Origin: Bacteroidales bacterium
GTDB taxonomy: Bacteria; Bacteroidota; Bacteroidia; Bacteroidales; VadinHA17
Length of the DNA stretch: 64,000 bases
Assembly (NCBI GenBank): GCA_021163295.1
Contig: JAGGXD010000023.1
Coordinates: forward strand, 12,370-76,369
Direction: 5' to 3'
Shown here: in pieces, positions 10,947 to 20,041 of the stretch
How the letters are laid out: each line of letters starts with the position of its first letter
Numbering within the stretch: the stretch's first letter is position 1
Notes under the pieces: model-generated
The model's database searches: none
What the model was told of the DNA's origin: nothing
What the model saw: only the letters and a program-made list of their open reading frames with translations
Program-made: the position numbers and the translations under genes

Positions 10947-11517
10947 GAAAGAATCTTCTTTTGTAAATATGGTTTTTACCCTGTTTGTAATAACACTAAC
11001 AGCATCAACTGCCCTGGGATTCGTGTATGAATTTACAAAAGCACCAATTGCCGCTGCTAAACAGGCTGCAAAAATGAAAGCAATCAATGAGGTTCTTCCT
11101 GAATTCAATAATCTGCCAAACGAGGAGATATACAAGATAGCCATGGATAATGATACTTTATATTTTTATCCGGCACGTGAAAACAGCAGGCTGGTTGGAA
11201 CAGCAATTGAAACTTTTACAAATAAAGGTTTCAGTGGAAATATTAAGTTAATGATCGGGATTTTACCAGATGGTTCAATTAATGACATAGTTGTTCTCGA
11301 ACATAAAGAAACACCGGGCCTTGGCGATAAAATGTCGAAGAGTAAATCTGACTTTAGTTTGCAGTTTCAAGGAATTAACCCGGAAAGTTTCAATATAAAT
11401 GTTAAAAAAGATGGAGGTGATGTTGATGCAATTACAGCTTCAACAATAAGTTCCCGTGCATATTGCGATGCGGTAAATCGAGCCTGTAATGCTTATCTGA
11501 AGGGAGGTAAAAAATGA
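10939..11517 (+). CDS. rnfG: Rnf complex subunit G
   Basis: N-terminal TM anchor and an FMN-binding domain with DAITASTISS. Confidence 0.9.
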   Translation: MAKKESSFVNMVFTLFVITLTASTALGFVYEFTKAPIAAAKQAAKMKAINEVLPEFNNLPNEEIYKIAMDNDTLYFYPARENSRLVGTAIETFTNKGFSGNIKLMIGILPDGSINDIVVLEHKETPGLGDKMSKSKSDFSLQFQGINPESFNINVKKDGGDVDAITASTISSRAYCDAVNRACNAYLKGGKK

Positions 11518-12101
11518 ACCAGTGGAAAAATTTTAATAAAGGATTTTTCAGGGAAAATGCCGTTTTTGTCCTGTTCCTGGGATTATGCCCTACACTTGGT
11601 GTAACAACTTCAGTAATTAACGGAGTGGGAATGGGACTGGCAACAACATTTGTATTGCTTATGTCAAATATCGTAGTTACCCTGATTAAGAATTTTATTC
11701 CTGACAAGGTAAGGATCCCTTCATTCATTATTATCATTGCATCGTTTGTTACTATTGTTGAGTTATTAATGCAGGCATATTTGCCCGGTCTGTTTGATGA
11801 ACTCGGTTTGTTTATCCCATTAATAGTAGTTAACTGTCTTGTTTTAGGACGTGCAGAAGCTTTTGCTTCAAAAAACAGCTTCCTGTCTTCAGTTACTGAT
11901 GGTCTGGGTATGGGTTTCGGATTTACTATGGCACTCTTTTTCCTGGGTGGAGTCAGAGAGATACTTGGCAGCGGATCATTTCTGGGTTTCAAATTTATTC
12001 CAGGCGATGGAATACTTCTTTTTATACTCGCTCCCGGAGCATTTATTGCACTTGGATACCTTATTATGATAATGAACAAAATCAATAAGAAAACTACTTA
12101 A
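11514..12101 (+). CDS. rnfE: Rnf complex subunit E
   Basis: NqrD/RnfE-type polytopic membrane protein; position in the operon. Confidence 0.9.
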   Translation: MNQWKNFNKGFFRENAVFVLFLGLCPTLGVTTSVINGVGMGLATTFVLLMSNIVVTLIKNFIPDKVRIPSFIIIIASFVTIVELLMQAYLPGLFDELGLFIPLIVVNCLVLGRAEAFASKNSFLSSVTDGLGMGFGFTMALFFLGGVREILGSGSFLGFKFIPGDGILLFILAPGAFIALGYLIMIMNKINKKTT

Positions 12102-12114
12102 AGAAACAACTACT

Positions 12115-12687
12115 ATGAATTTCATAATAATCATAATTTCAGCAATTTTTGTCAACAATATTGTTCTGGCAAAGTTTCTGGGTGTATGTCCGTTTATTGG
12201 CGTTTCAAATAGAGTAGAAACTTCCATCGGCATGACCGGTGCAGTGACCTTCGTAATGGTAATATCTACTATTGTCACATATCTTCTTCAGCATTATATT
12301 CTTATTCCTTTCGGTATCTCATTTATGCAAACAATAACTTTTATTCTTGTAATTGCCGCTCTTGTCCAAATGGTCGAGATAATGCTTAAGAAAGTTAGTC
12401 CTGTACTTTATCAGGCTCTCGGTATTTTCCTACCCCTGATCACAACAAATTGTGCTGTTCTGGGTGTTGCTATTCTTGCAGTTCAGAACGATTATAACCT
12501 GATTGAAAGCGTAGTTTTTTCAATTGCAAACGCCATTGGATTCGGCATGGCATTATTACTTTTTTCCGGGATCCGGGAACAACTTGAATTAGTGGATATT
12601 CCACAACCAATGAAAGGCGTTCCTATAGCTTTTATTGTAGCCGGACTGCTTGCCATGGCTTTTATGGGGTTTGCCGGAATAGTTTAG
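12115..12687 (+). CDS. rnfA: Rnf complex subunit A
   Basis: NqrE/RnfA-type polytopic membrane protein; position in the operon. Confidence 0.9.
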   Translation: MNFIIIIISAIFVNNIVLAKFLGVCPFIGVSNRVETSIGMTGAVTFVMVISTIVTYLLQHYILIPFGISFMQTITFILVIAALVQMVEIMLKKVSPVLYQALGIFLPLITTNCAVLGVAILAVQNDYNLIESVVFSIANAIGFGMALLLFSGIREQLELVDIPQPMKGVPIAFIVAGLLAMAFMGFAGIV

Positions 12688-13568
12688 TGATGAAGAAATC
12701 CCTGTATCATAATCATTTTGCCGGAATGGGTACCCGGTTCGACCTTGTTTTACCTGATACGGATATGGCAAATGGCGATAAAGTTTTCAGACAGATTAAA
12801 GCTGAAATTGATCGTCTGGAGAAAAAGTTGAGTCGTTTTCTGCCTGATAGTGAACTTACTTATATTAATCAGCATGCAGCTAATAATCCGGTAAAAATAG
12901 ATCATGAATGGATCACGATACTTGAAGCGTGCAATAAATATTATATAAGTACATATTCCTGTTTTGATGTTACATTACAACAGGACTCCGGAAAGAATCA
13001 CAATAAATTGTCGGGAGCATACAATATTGTTATTGACAAAAACGATGCTACTGTAAATTTTGCGGATCCTGGTATTATGATTGATCTGGGTGGGTTTGGT
13101 AAAGGTTATGCGTTGGATCGGGTAAATGATATTTTGCAATTACATAATGTAAAAAATGCGCTTGTTAGTTTTGGGGAAAGCTCAATACTTGCTATTGGCA
13201 AGCATCCGCATGGTAATCACTGGAATATTGGTATTCAGCATTTATTCAAACCCGGCGAGAATGTTTTCGTATTTAACTTAGAAAATAATAATATGTCAAC
13301 ATCAGGTATGCTGGCAAGAAACGGGAAACTGCGATACAGGAAAACCGCACTTATCAATCCTGTAAACGGGAAATCAGTTGAGGAAGTCAGGACAATTTCG
13401 GTGAAATCTGTAAAAGCTATTGATGCAGAAGTCCTTTCAACTGCACTTTATGTATCACCACAGAACCGAAGAAAAAAAATTCTGTTAAATTTTCCCGAAT
13501 CAGAAGCTATTGAAGCTATCTATACTAATGACAAAAAAGTAAGTATATTTGTATTGAAAAGAAGTTGA
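12687..13568 (+). CDS. apbE: FAD:protein FMN transferase ApbE
   Basis: MGTRF and DLGGFGKGYA motifs. Directly follows rnfA. GTG at 12687 or ATG at 12690. Confidence 0.85.
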   Translation: MMKKSLYHNHFAGMGTRFDLVLPDTDMANGDKVFRQIKAEIDRLEKKLSRFLPDSELTYINQHAANNPVKIDHEWITILEACNKYYISTYSCFDVTLQQDSGKNHNKLSGAYNIVIDKNDATVNFADPGIMIDLGGFGKGYALDRVNDILQLHNVKNALVSFGESSILAIGKHPHGNHWNIGIQHLFKPGENVFVFNLENNNMSTSGMLARNGKLRYRKTALINPVNGKSVEEVRTISVKSVKAIDAEVLSTALYVSPQNRRKKILLNFPESEAIEAIYTNDKKVSIFVLKRS

Positions 13569-13606
13569 GTTGTTGAGTTGTTGAGTTGTAAGATGAGTAA
13601 GTGAGG
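13564..13606 (+). repeat. tandem octamer tract (GTTGAGTT)x3 then GTAAGATG AGTAAGTG AGG
   Basis: Read directly. C-free on the + strand. The first unit overlaps the apbE stop codon. Confidence 0.9.
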
Positions 13607-13649
13607 AAGAAAATAATTTAATATATTCCAAATATAAGAGACTAATTAT

Positions 13650-14927
13650 ATGGAAAAATCCGAACGACAATCAAGAAGAGAATTTATCAGAAGTGTTTCC
13701 CTGATTACCGGCACTTCTTTTATTGCATCATCCCTGCCCTGGATGAATGCCCTCGCAAATGAGAACCCTGATCAAACATTATCACCATCCGACAAGGTAA
13801 GGATTGGAATTATAGGCGTCGGATCACGTGGCAGTTTGCTACTGCTTCATATGAAGAATATTCCTTCTATTGAGATCGCGGCAGTTTGTGATAATTATCC
13901 ACCGCATTTTGACAGGGCTAAAGAAATGACTAATAACAAGGCAAAAGCATTTGTTGATTACCGGAAATTACTGGAAATAAATGATATAGATGCAGTTGTG
14001 ATCGCAACTCCTCTAAATGAACATGCTCATATTACAATTGATGCCCTGCAAGCAGGCAAGCATGTATTTTGTGAAAAAAGCATGGCACGGCTACCTGAAA
14101 ACTGTCTTGCTATGGTAAACACTCACCGGAAAACCGGGAAAATCCTTCAGATCGGTCATCAAAGAATGTTCAACCCGAAGTATATAAAAGCAATGGAATT
14201 CATCAGGGCAGGACAACTGGGAAATATTACTCAAATGAGAGCCTACTGGCACAGGAACAATGACTGGAGACGTACGGTACCATCACCTGAACTTGAGAAA
14301 AAGATAAACTGGAGATTGTATAAGGAATTTTCATGCGGTTTGATGACAGAACTGGCATCACATCAGATACAGGTTGCTAACTGGGCATTGGGTGAATTCC
14401 CGAATAAAATTATGGGTGCAGGCAGTATTAATTACTGGAAAGACGGAAGAGAAGTACATGATAATGTCAATCTTGTATATACCTACCCGGGTGGAACGCA
14501 GTTGATCTATGATTCCTGTACAAGCAATAAGCACTACGGACTTGAAGAACAAATAATGGGACCAAAAGGAACCATGGAACTTGAAGCAGGGAAAATGTTT
14601 TCTGAAACACCTCCTCCTGCACCGGGAATTATGCATCTTATAAACAATATCGAACATAAAGTATTTGACACGATACCGCTTGGTGGTGCAAGTTGGGTAC
14701 CCGATTCACCAAGTAAAAATAAAGGAGAATATATACTGGACGAAGACCTTGAAGACGATGGCACACAACTCGAACTGGAAGCTTTCGCTTATTCAGTGAA
14801 GGAAAATAAAATAGACCCTGAACATATCAGACAGGCGTATTATGCAAGTATTGCTGCCTTGCTTGGGTTTAATGCAATAGAAAAAGAAAAGGTGATTATC
14901 GTACCTGAAAATTTAAAAATTGTCTGA
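13650..14927 (+). CDS. Tat-exported Gfo/Idh/MocA family oxidoreductase
   Basis: Twin-arginine leader SRREFIRSVSLITG...ALA and Rossmann motif RIGIIGVGSRG. Confidence 0.85.
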   Translation: MEKSERQSRREFIRSVSLITGTSFIASSLPWMNALANENPDQTLSPSDKVRIGIIGVGSRGSLLLLHMKNIPSIEIAAVCDNYPPHFDRAKEMTNNKAKAFVDYRKLLEINDIDAVVIATPLNEHAHITIDALQAGKHVFCEKSMARLPENCLAMVNTHRKTGKILQIGHQRMFNPKYIKAMEFIRAGQLGNITQMRAYWHRNNDWRRTVPSPELEKKINWRLYKEFSCGLMTELASHQIQVANWALGEFPNKIMGAGSINYWKDGREVHDNVNLVYTYPGGTQLIYDSCTSNKHYGLEEQIMGPKGTMELEAGKMFSETPPPAPGIMHLINNIEHKVFDTIPLGGASWVPDSPSKNKGEYILDEDLEDDGTQLELEAFAYSVKENKIDPEHIRQAYYASIAALLGFNAIEKEKVIIVPENLKIV

Positions 14928-14945
14928 CCGATTAAAAAAAAACAA

Positions 14946-15179
14946 ATGAAAGATACTATCATTACTGCCAAACATAAGAAAAGAGAATTGTTATTTCTGT
15001 TAATTAGTTTTTTAATAGCTTTTGTATTAAATATATATTCAATAATTTATTACAACTCGCAATGGAAGGAACTATTCACAACATTACATATAACTGTTCT
15101 TTTCTCAATTGTTATATATTTCCTGCTTATAATTATAAGACTTATAATCAGAGGCGTAACATCCTTGTTTAAAAAATAA
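14946..15179 (+). CDS. small two-TM membrane protein, unknown function
   Basis: 77-aa ORF with two hydrophobic helices. Very AT-rich, so it may not be expressed. Confidence 0.4.
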   Translation: MKDTIITAKHKKRELLFLLISFLIAFVLNIYSIIYYNSQWKELFTTLHITVLFSIVIYFLLIIIRLIIRGVTSLFKK

Positions 15180-15246
15180 AATAATCTAATTCAGAACTTT
15201 ACTACTATATTATAAGCTGGTTTATTTTAACTAAAACAGGCTAAAA

Positions 15247-15999
15247 ATGGAAAATATATTTTCAATTTCAAGTTTTTTAGGTTATTCAATCCATCCATAT
15301 CTTGAACTTGGGCTTTTTTTTCTTCTTCTTATAATAATAGGATATCTCTATCTACAGTTAAAGAAAAAAAACAATTATATCCAGCTGATTTTTGACAAAT
15401 TAAATATCCAGGATTCGGAATTAGAAAAAGAGGAGTTGACAAAGATACTATCGAAACTTCAGATAGTTGAACTAACAAAAATAGTTACAAAAGATAAGTT
15501 TTTTAATGATAATATCCTGAACTACATCTTTAAAGACACAAAAGATAAAAAGTTGTTTTTACATTATACCCAGGAAAAAACTATTGCAGATAAAGTTCTT
15601 AAGGAAGGATTTCAGTTCAGATATTCCTTCTATAAAACTGCATATAAAATCACCCTTGATAGATTGGATCTGATTTATAAACACAGCAGGAGCAAGTATT
15701 TCGGAAAAAATGTTTTGATCCTTTCAATTTCAACTGAAATTTATAATTACTATAGTGAAAAATTACACAAAATCTCACCTCCCGAAGCTTTTGTTGAACA
15801 AATATTATCTGAAGCTCCTCCATTCCATGATGAAAATAACGATGTAGTTTATGCTTTATCCAATAAATTTGTAAAAGGATATTTCAATTATGAAACTGGT
15901 GAAATAACCGATAATCCGGAATTCAATCCAAATTATGATTGTGATACTTTTAGAAAAAATCTTGCCCGGTTAAGGGATGCATATAGCAAAAAAAAATAG
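15247..15999 (+). CDS. N-terminally membrane-anchored protein, unknown function
   Basis: 250 aa. One TM helix (LELGLFFLLLIIIGYLYL) followed by a soluble domain. No family recognised. Confidence 0.6.
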   Translation: MENIFSISSFLGYSIHPYLELGLFFLLLIIIGYLYLQLKKKNNYIQLIFDKLNIQDSELEKEELTKILSKLQIVELTKIVTKDKFFNDNILNYIFKDTKDKKLFLHYTQEKTIADKVLKEGFQFRYSFYKTAYKITLDRLDLIYKHSRSKYFGKNVLILSISTEIYNYYSEKLHKISPPEAFVEQILSEAPPFHDENNDVVYALSNKFVKGYFNYETGEITDNPEFNPNYDCDTFRKNLARLRDAYSKKK

Positions 16000-16020
16000 C
16001 TTCAAAAAGCACATAACAAA

Positions 16021-17070
16021 ATGAGAAAATTAAAAAAATTTGCAGGGATAACTATTATTATCCTTTCAATCATTCCTTTCACTCTTTTTTCACAGAGTGA
16101 AAACCGGGAGAAAAACAGGGCTGTCTGGATACATTCCTCAATGTTTAGCCAGGAGAAAAACGAAGCCATGCCCCAGATGCAAGAAATGCTGGATAACTAT
16201 GCTGAAATTAATATCAACAACCTTTATTGTTTTTACAGCATGATGTTCCAGCATCAAAAAGAATGGGACTTTCTTGAGGTTTTGCTGGAAGAAGCCCACA
16301 AAAGGAACATCAAGGTACATTCTATCTTTTGCCCGGGACAGCGGGTTAAGATTGAAGGAGTTATAAAAGAAAACCCGGAATGGCTGATCCGGGGTATGAA
16401 AGGAGAAATATATCCTAATCTAAATATTGCTAATCCGGGAGTGAAAAAATATCTTATCAGCCAGGTATCTGAAGCATTGAAATATGATATTGACGGTATC
16501 CATCTAGATTATATTCGTTTCCCGGTAAACCAGAGATTCAGCTATGACAAAGCTACCTGTGAAGCATTCAAAAAAGAATTTGGAGATTCACCGCTCGACG
16601 TTCATCAAGACTGCGGAAGCATGGTTTGGTGCGAATGGATTAAATGGAATGCGGAACATGTAACAACTCTTGTCAGGGAAATAAAAAAAACTATCGAACA
16701 ATCAGGTAAAAACATTGTTCTTGGGGCTGATGTTTTTCCAAATCATAGGTCCGCTGAAATCTTAATAGCACAGAACTGGGCACAATGGGCAGAGGAAGGC
16801 ATCATCGATTTTGTTTGTCCTATGTTATATACAAACGATTTGGAATTATTCAGACAATATGTGAAGGATGCTGTGAAAGCTGCAAACGGAAAATGCCTGG
16901 TATATCCCGGAATTGCCTGCCATTCTTCCCATAACAAGAACACTCCGGAAGGAGTTGCACAGGAAGTGAAAATCTCTATAGAAACAGGCGCTGACGGGGT
17001 GGTTTTCTTTTCAGGTTCTTCTTTGACAGAAGAGTTTATGGATAAGCTTAAAGAAGATATTTTTAAGTGA
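16021..17070 (+). CDS. GHL10 (DUF187) glycoside-hydrolase-like protein, exported
   Basis: Signal peptide plus the IDGIHLDYIRFP motif typical of the GHL10/YngK-type TIM barrel. Confidence 0.6.
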   Translation: MRKLKKFAGITIIILSIIPFTLFSQSENREKNRAVWIHSSMFSQEKNEAMPQMQEMLDNYAEININNLYCFYSMMFQHQKEWDFLEVLLEEAHKRNIKVHSIFCPGQRVKIEGVIKENPEWLIRGMKGEIYPNLNIANPGVKKYLISQVSEALKYDIDGIHLDYIRFPVNQRFSYDKATCEAFKKEFGDSPLDVHQDCGSMVWCEWIKWNAEHVTTLVREIKKTIEQSGKNIVLGADVFPNHRSAEILIAQNWAQWAEEGIIDFVCPMLYTNDLELFRQYVKDAVKAANGKCLVYPGIACHSSHNKNTPEGVAQEVKISIETGADGVVFFSGSSLTEEFMDKLKEDIFK

Positions 17071-17127
17071 AATATGGATCATCTTTGGGTAAAAATTCAA
17101 TTATCTGAAATCCAATAAGAATTTCCA

Positions 17128-18579
17128 ATGAAAAAAAGTATTCACTATATAGTGCTTATGTTAATTTCGGGCATCTTGTTTGTCTCGTGTAAAAATACAA
17201 GACAAGAAGTTATACCTATACACATTAACGAGAAACCGAAAGATGGCATATTCAAACTTACTAAAACAAAGATAGATGTGGCGTGTGCGGATTTTCAAAA
17301 GGCATTAACCATAGATGAATTGGGTTATCCTCGTGTTGATTTCAATAAGTTCGATATGGAGATCTCCGGGAAAGTTATTAAGACTTTTAACGCGGTTATT
17401 CTCGAAAATAAATACATCAAATTAACACTGATACCGGAAAAGGGCAAACCATATTCATTTATTTACAAAGTAACCGGACATGAAGAGTTCTTTGTTCCGT
17501 CTGTTGCTCAAGCGTTTGGCTCTCCTAACAAATTAGGATGGTGGCTTGCTCTTGGCGGCGTTGAATATACGATGCCTGATAATGAACACGGCGAAACATG
17601 GGCGGCAAAATGGAGTTGGGAAATAGTTGAGGACTCTCCCCTGAAAAAAACAGTCAGGATGAAGGTAAAGGAACTTGGTTACGGTCTGGAAGAAACAATC
17701 GATATTTCCATTTATCCTGACAAGAGTTTTTTCGAAGCAGCAATCTTTATCAAGAATCCAACTGTTAAGCCTGTCATGTTTCAGCATTGGATTAACCCTA
17801 TGTGGACACCCGGCGGACAGGGTGAGGTTACAGAACACACAGAGTTTATAATGCCTACAAAACAAGTATTAGTAACTGAAAGGAAATTCAATAAATGGAT
17901 GTTGGATTATCATTCACAGAAGAACAAAGTACAAGATTATGAAGACAGTCCTTTACGATTTCTCACAGGATGGAAAAATATTGGCGACTTGCTTGCAAGT
18001 AAGCTTGAACATGGTTTTTACAGCGCCTTTTCTCACGACGAAAATGAAGGCATAGTTCGTATTTTCCCTATGGATAAAAATCCGGGGTGTAATATTTGGG
18101 CATGGGGAATCAATCCTGATCCGAAGACAAGAAAGCGCTTCTCCGGTAGCGAGGATTGCCGGGGTTGTGTTGAGATGTGGGGAGGTATAACACATGGTTT
18201 TGATGAATATTATCAACTGAATCAGGATGAAGCAATATCGTGGACTGAATGGATGTATCCATACAATAAAACAAAAGGACTTCATTATGCGAATAAGGAT
18301 TTTGCTGTTACTTTCACTCGTCTGCCCGGTAACGAGCACATACTGCGTCTTTGTCCTAGTGGTGATCTGAGTGATGTTGAATGTAAAATTGTTTCCGTAA
18401 AAAATAACAAAATCCTTCTTCACGTAATCTTTGATTACATCTACCCTCAGAAAAAACTACAACAATTTACACAGAACTCATCCAAAGAAGACTTGGAGTT
18501 GGTTATTGTGCAAAATGGCAGGGAAATAGTTAGATTACCGGCAAAATTTCCACCTGTATTTCCAGATATTAATAGATAA
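17128..18579 (+). CDS. exported lipoprotein, unknown function (possibly a carbohydrate-active beta-sandwich)
   Basis: Lipobox-like ILFVSC. 483 aa, rich in W/Y/G. No family securely recognised. Confidence 0.7.
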   Translation: MKKSIHYIVLMLISGILFVSCKNTRQEVIPIHINEKPKDGIFKLTKTKIDVACADFQKALTIDELGYPRVDFNKFDMEISGKVIKTFNAVILENKYIKLTLIPEKGKPYSFIYKVTGHEEFFVPSVAQAFGSPNKLGWWLALGGVEYTMPDNEHGETWAAKWSWEIVEDSPLKKTVRMKVKELGYGLEETIDISIYPDKSFFEAAIFIKNPTVKPVMFQHWINPMWTPGGQGEVTEHTEFIMPTKQVLVTERKFNKWMLDYHSQKNKVQDYEDSPLRFLTGWKNIGDLLASKLEHGFYSAFSHDENEGIVRIFPMDKNPGCNIWAWGINPDPKTRKRFSGSEDCRGCVEMWGGITHGFDEYYQLNQDEAISWTEWMYPYNKTKGLHYANKDFAVTFTRLPGNEHILRLCPSGDLSDVECKIVSVKNNKILLHVIFDYIYPQKKLQQFTQNSSKEDLELVIVQNGREIVRLPAKFPPVFPDINR

Positions 18580-18604
18580 ATGCTCATGGCAAATATAGAC
18601 CACC

Positions 18605-20026
18605 TCAAAATACGAGGGTATATTTGTAGGCATCTGCGGTCCAAATGTCAGGTCCGCCTCCATGTTCACCGAGGCGTGTCAGATACACCTCCATCTCTTG
18701 CGTCTCCCGGTTCTCCAGCAGAGAGAAGTTTGAAAGCTGCATGTGCTCAGAGTCCTGTTCCGGATCCCGGTCGTCGATAACTGTTACCGTGTCCTTCCTG
18801 AAAGACGGCCCTTCCTCGTCGATCTCCACAATCTGGAGAGGGTACCGCGGCGAGTTCCCATCCGGTGGCACATCAGGAATATTACCCACCCAGTAAAGCT
18901 TACCCGTTTTAGAGCTGCGGATGGTTCTGGCAATAGACGCCGGCGAGTAAAGCTGCTCACCCGTATCATAGCGGATGTCCTTCACTTTACTCCAGTTGAA
19001 TCCACCGTCCCGGGAAACAGAGAACCACTTTCTCCCCGGGTATTTAACCGGATCCAGTCCCGTGTTAGAACCCCGCATGATGAGAAGTAAATTACCGTTA
19101 TTCAGCTCACTGAGGTTGAGTTCTACCAGCCCCCTGGTAGATATCCGGCGAGGAAGAAATATGGATTTCGATGTTATCCAGTCGTAGTTTTGCCGCACTT
19201 CATTCCACCGTCCTACAAAGCACACAGCACCTGCAACACAGCCATCCCTGTAGGTATTGGGGAATACAGACGGGAATTTCTCGTCTTCTTCGTCCCTGTA
19301 TGGTACAGGAATAGTCGAGCTTAAAATAACAGTGCCATTTGATAAAGCGATAGCATCTCCGATATACATCTCGTTTGTCCGGTAGTACTCCGGGTTTCCC
19401 CAACTGTCAGGGTTGAAGTCGGGGCCGTCCTCGTACTTAAGTTGGTGCGCTTTTCCCCATGTTCTGCCATCGTCATCAGAAAGCTGATAAAAACCATGGT
19501 CACAGAACAGGCGGTTCCCCGACCAGAGCTCTTTCATAGCCACTTCGGGTTTACCCGTAATAATACGCTGAAAGACGGGTTTTATAAGCCTGCCGGATAC
19601 CGGGTCGTACGGACCTGTCCCACGCTGTGATTCTCCGCCCTCTTGCGTAAACTCCCCCTGGGTCGGTGCCTGTTTGTATTCCAGTTCCCAGTCTGACCAG
19701 TTCTTGCCGTTGTCCTCTGATGTGCGCCGCCGTATTGTATCAGCCCAGTCACTCGATCGTATCAGACTCCGTACCTCTTCCCGCCGCAGCCCCCTGCCAA
19801 TATAGGTCATGCTAACACTGGTGCCTACCCGTGGTTCGGGTGAAGGAACATAGACTTCCTTTTTTACCTGACAAATCGGTGCAATGACTCCACTCTCCCT
19901 GTAATATTTTCCAGGTGTTTTACCATGAAGAAATTCCGGAATCGCCCAGGCACAAACGATTGAAGTTGCTCCAAGAAGGGAACCATTTTTCAAAAATAAA
20001 CGCCTGTTAATTTTATTTGTATTCAT
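18605..20026 (-). CDS. Tat-signal BNR/Asp-box beta-propeller protein (sialidase fold)
   Basis: Leader NRRLFLKNGSLLGATS and three Asp-boxes (SEDNGKNW, SDDDGRTW, SRDGGFNW). G+C is about 55% on hand-counted lines. Confidence 0.8.
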   Translation of the reverse strand: MNTNKINRRLFLKNGSLLGATSIVCAWAIPEFLHGKTPGKYYRESGVIAPICQVKKEVYVPSPEPRVGTSVSMTYIGRGLRREEVRSLIRSSDWADTIRRRTSEDNGKNWSDWELEYKQAPTQGEFTQEGGESQRGTGPYDPVSGRLIKPVFQRIITGKPEVAMKELWSGNRLFCDHGFYQLSDDDGRTWGKAHQLKYEDGPDFNPDSWGNPEYYRTNEMYIGDAIALSNGTVILSSTIPVPYRDEEDEKFPSVFPNTYRDGCVAGAVCFVGRWNEVRQNYDWITSKSIFLPRRISTRGLVELNLSELNNGNLLLIMRGSNTGLDPVKYPGRKWFSVSRDGGFNWSKVKDIRYDTGEQLYSPASIARTIRSSKTGKLYWVGNIPDVPPDGNSPRYPLQIVEIDEEGPSFRKDTVTVIDDRDPEQDSEHMQLSNFSLLENRETQEMEVYLTRLGEHGGGPDIWTADAYKYTLVF

Positions 20027-20041
20027 CGGGATTTTTTAACT

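Noticed and set aside
11432-12085. 217-aa minus-strand ORF antisense to rnfE. Similar long antisense ORFs occur at 9848..10345 (rnfD), 48640..49305 (glyA), 59077..59823 (purA), 8092..8511 (rnfB) and 17953..18423.
   Set aside because: Each overlaps a confidently identified conserved gene on the other strand and shows no recognisable motif. They are shadow ORFs.
7320-13568. The rseC-rnfBCDGEA-apbE cluster as a possible novel system.
   Set aside because: This is the well-known Rnf ion-translocating ferredoxin:NAD+ oxidoreductase operon with its flavin transferase. Gene order and content are ordinary for anaerobic Bacteroidota.
18580-19630. A dozen 60-115-aa ORFs on both strands overlapping the BNR-propeller gene (for example 18645..18896, 18743..19090, 19200..19403).
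   Set aside because: They all lie inside or antisense to a 473-aa ORF with clear Asp-box motifs. High local G+C lowers stop-codon frequency and creates such shadow ORFs.
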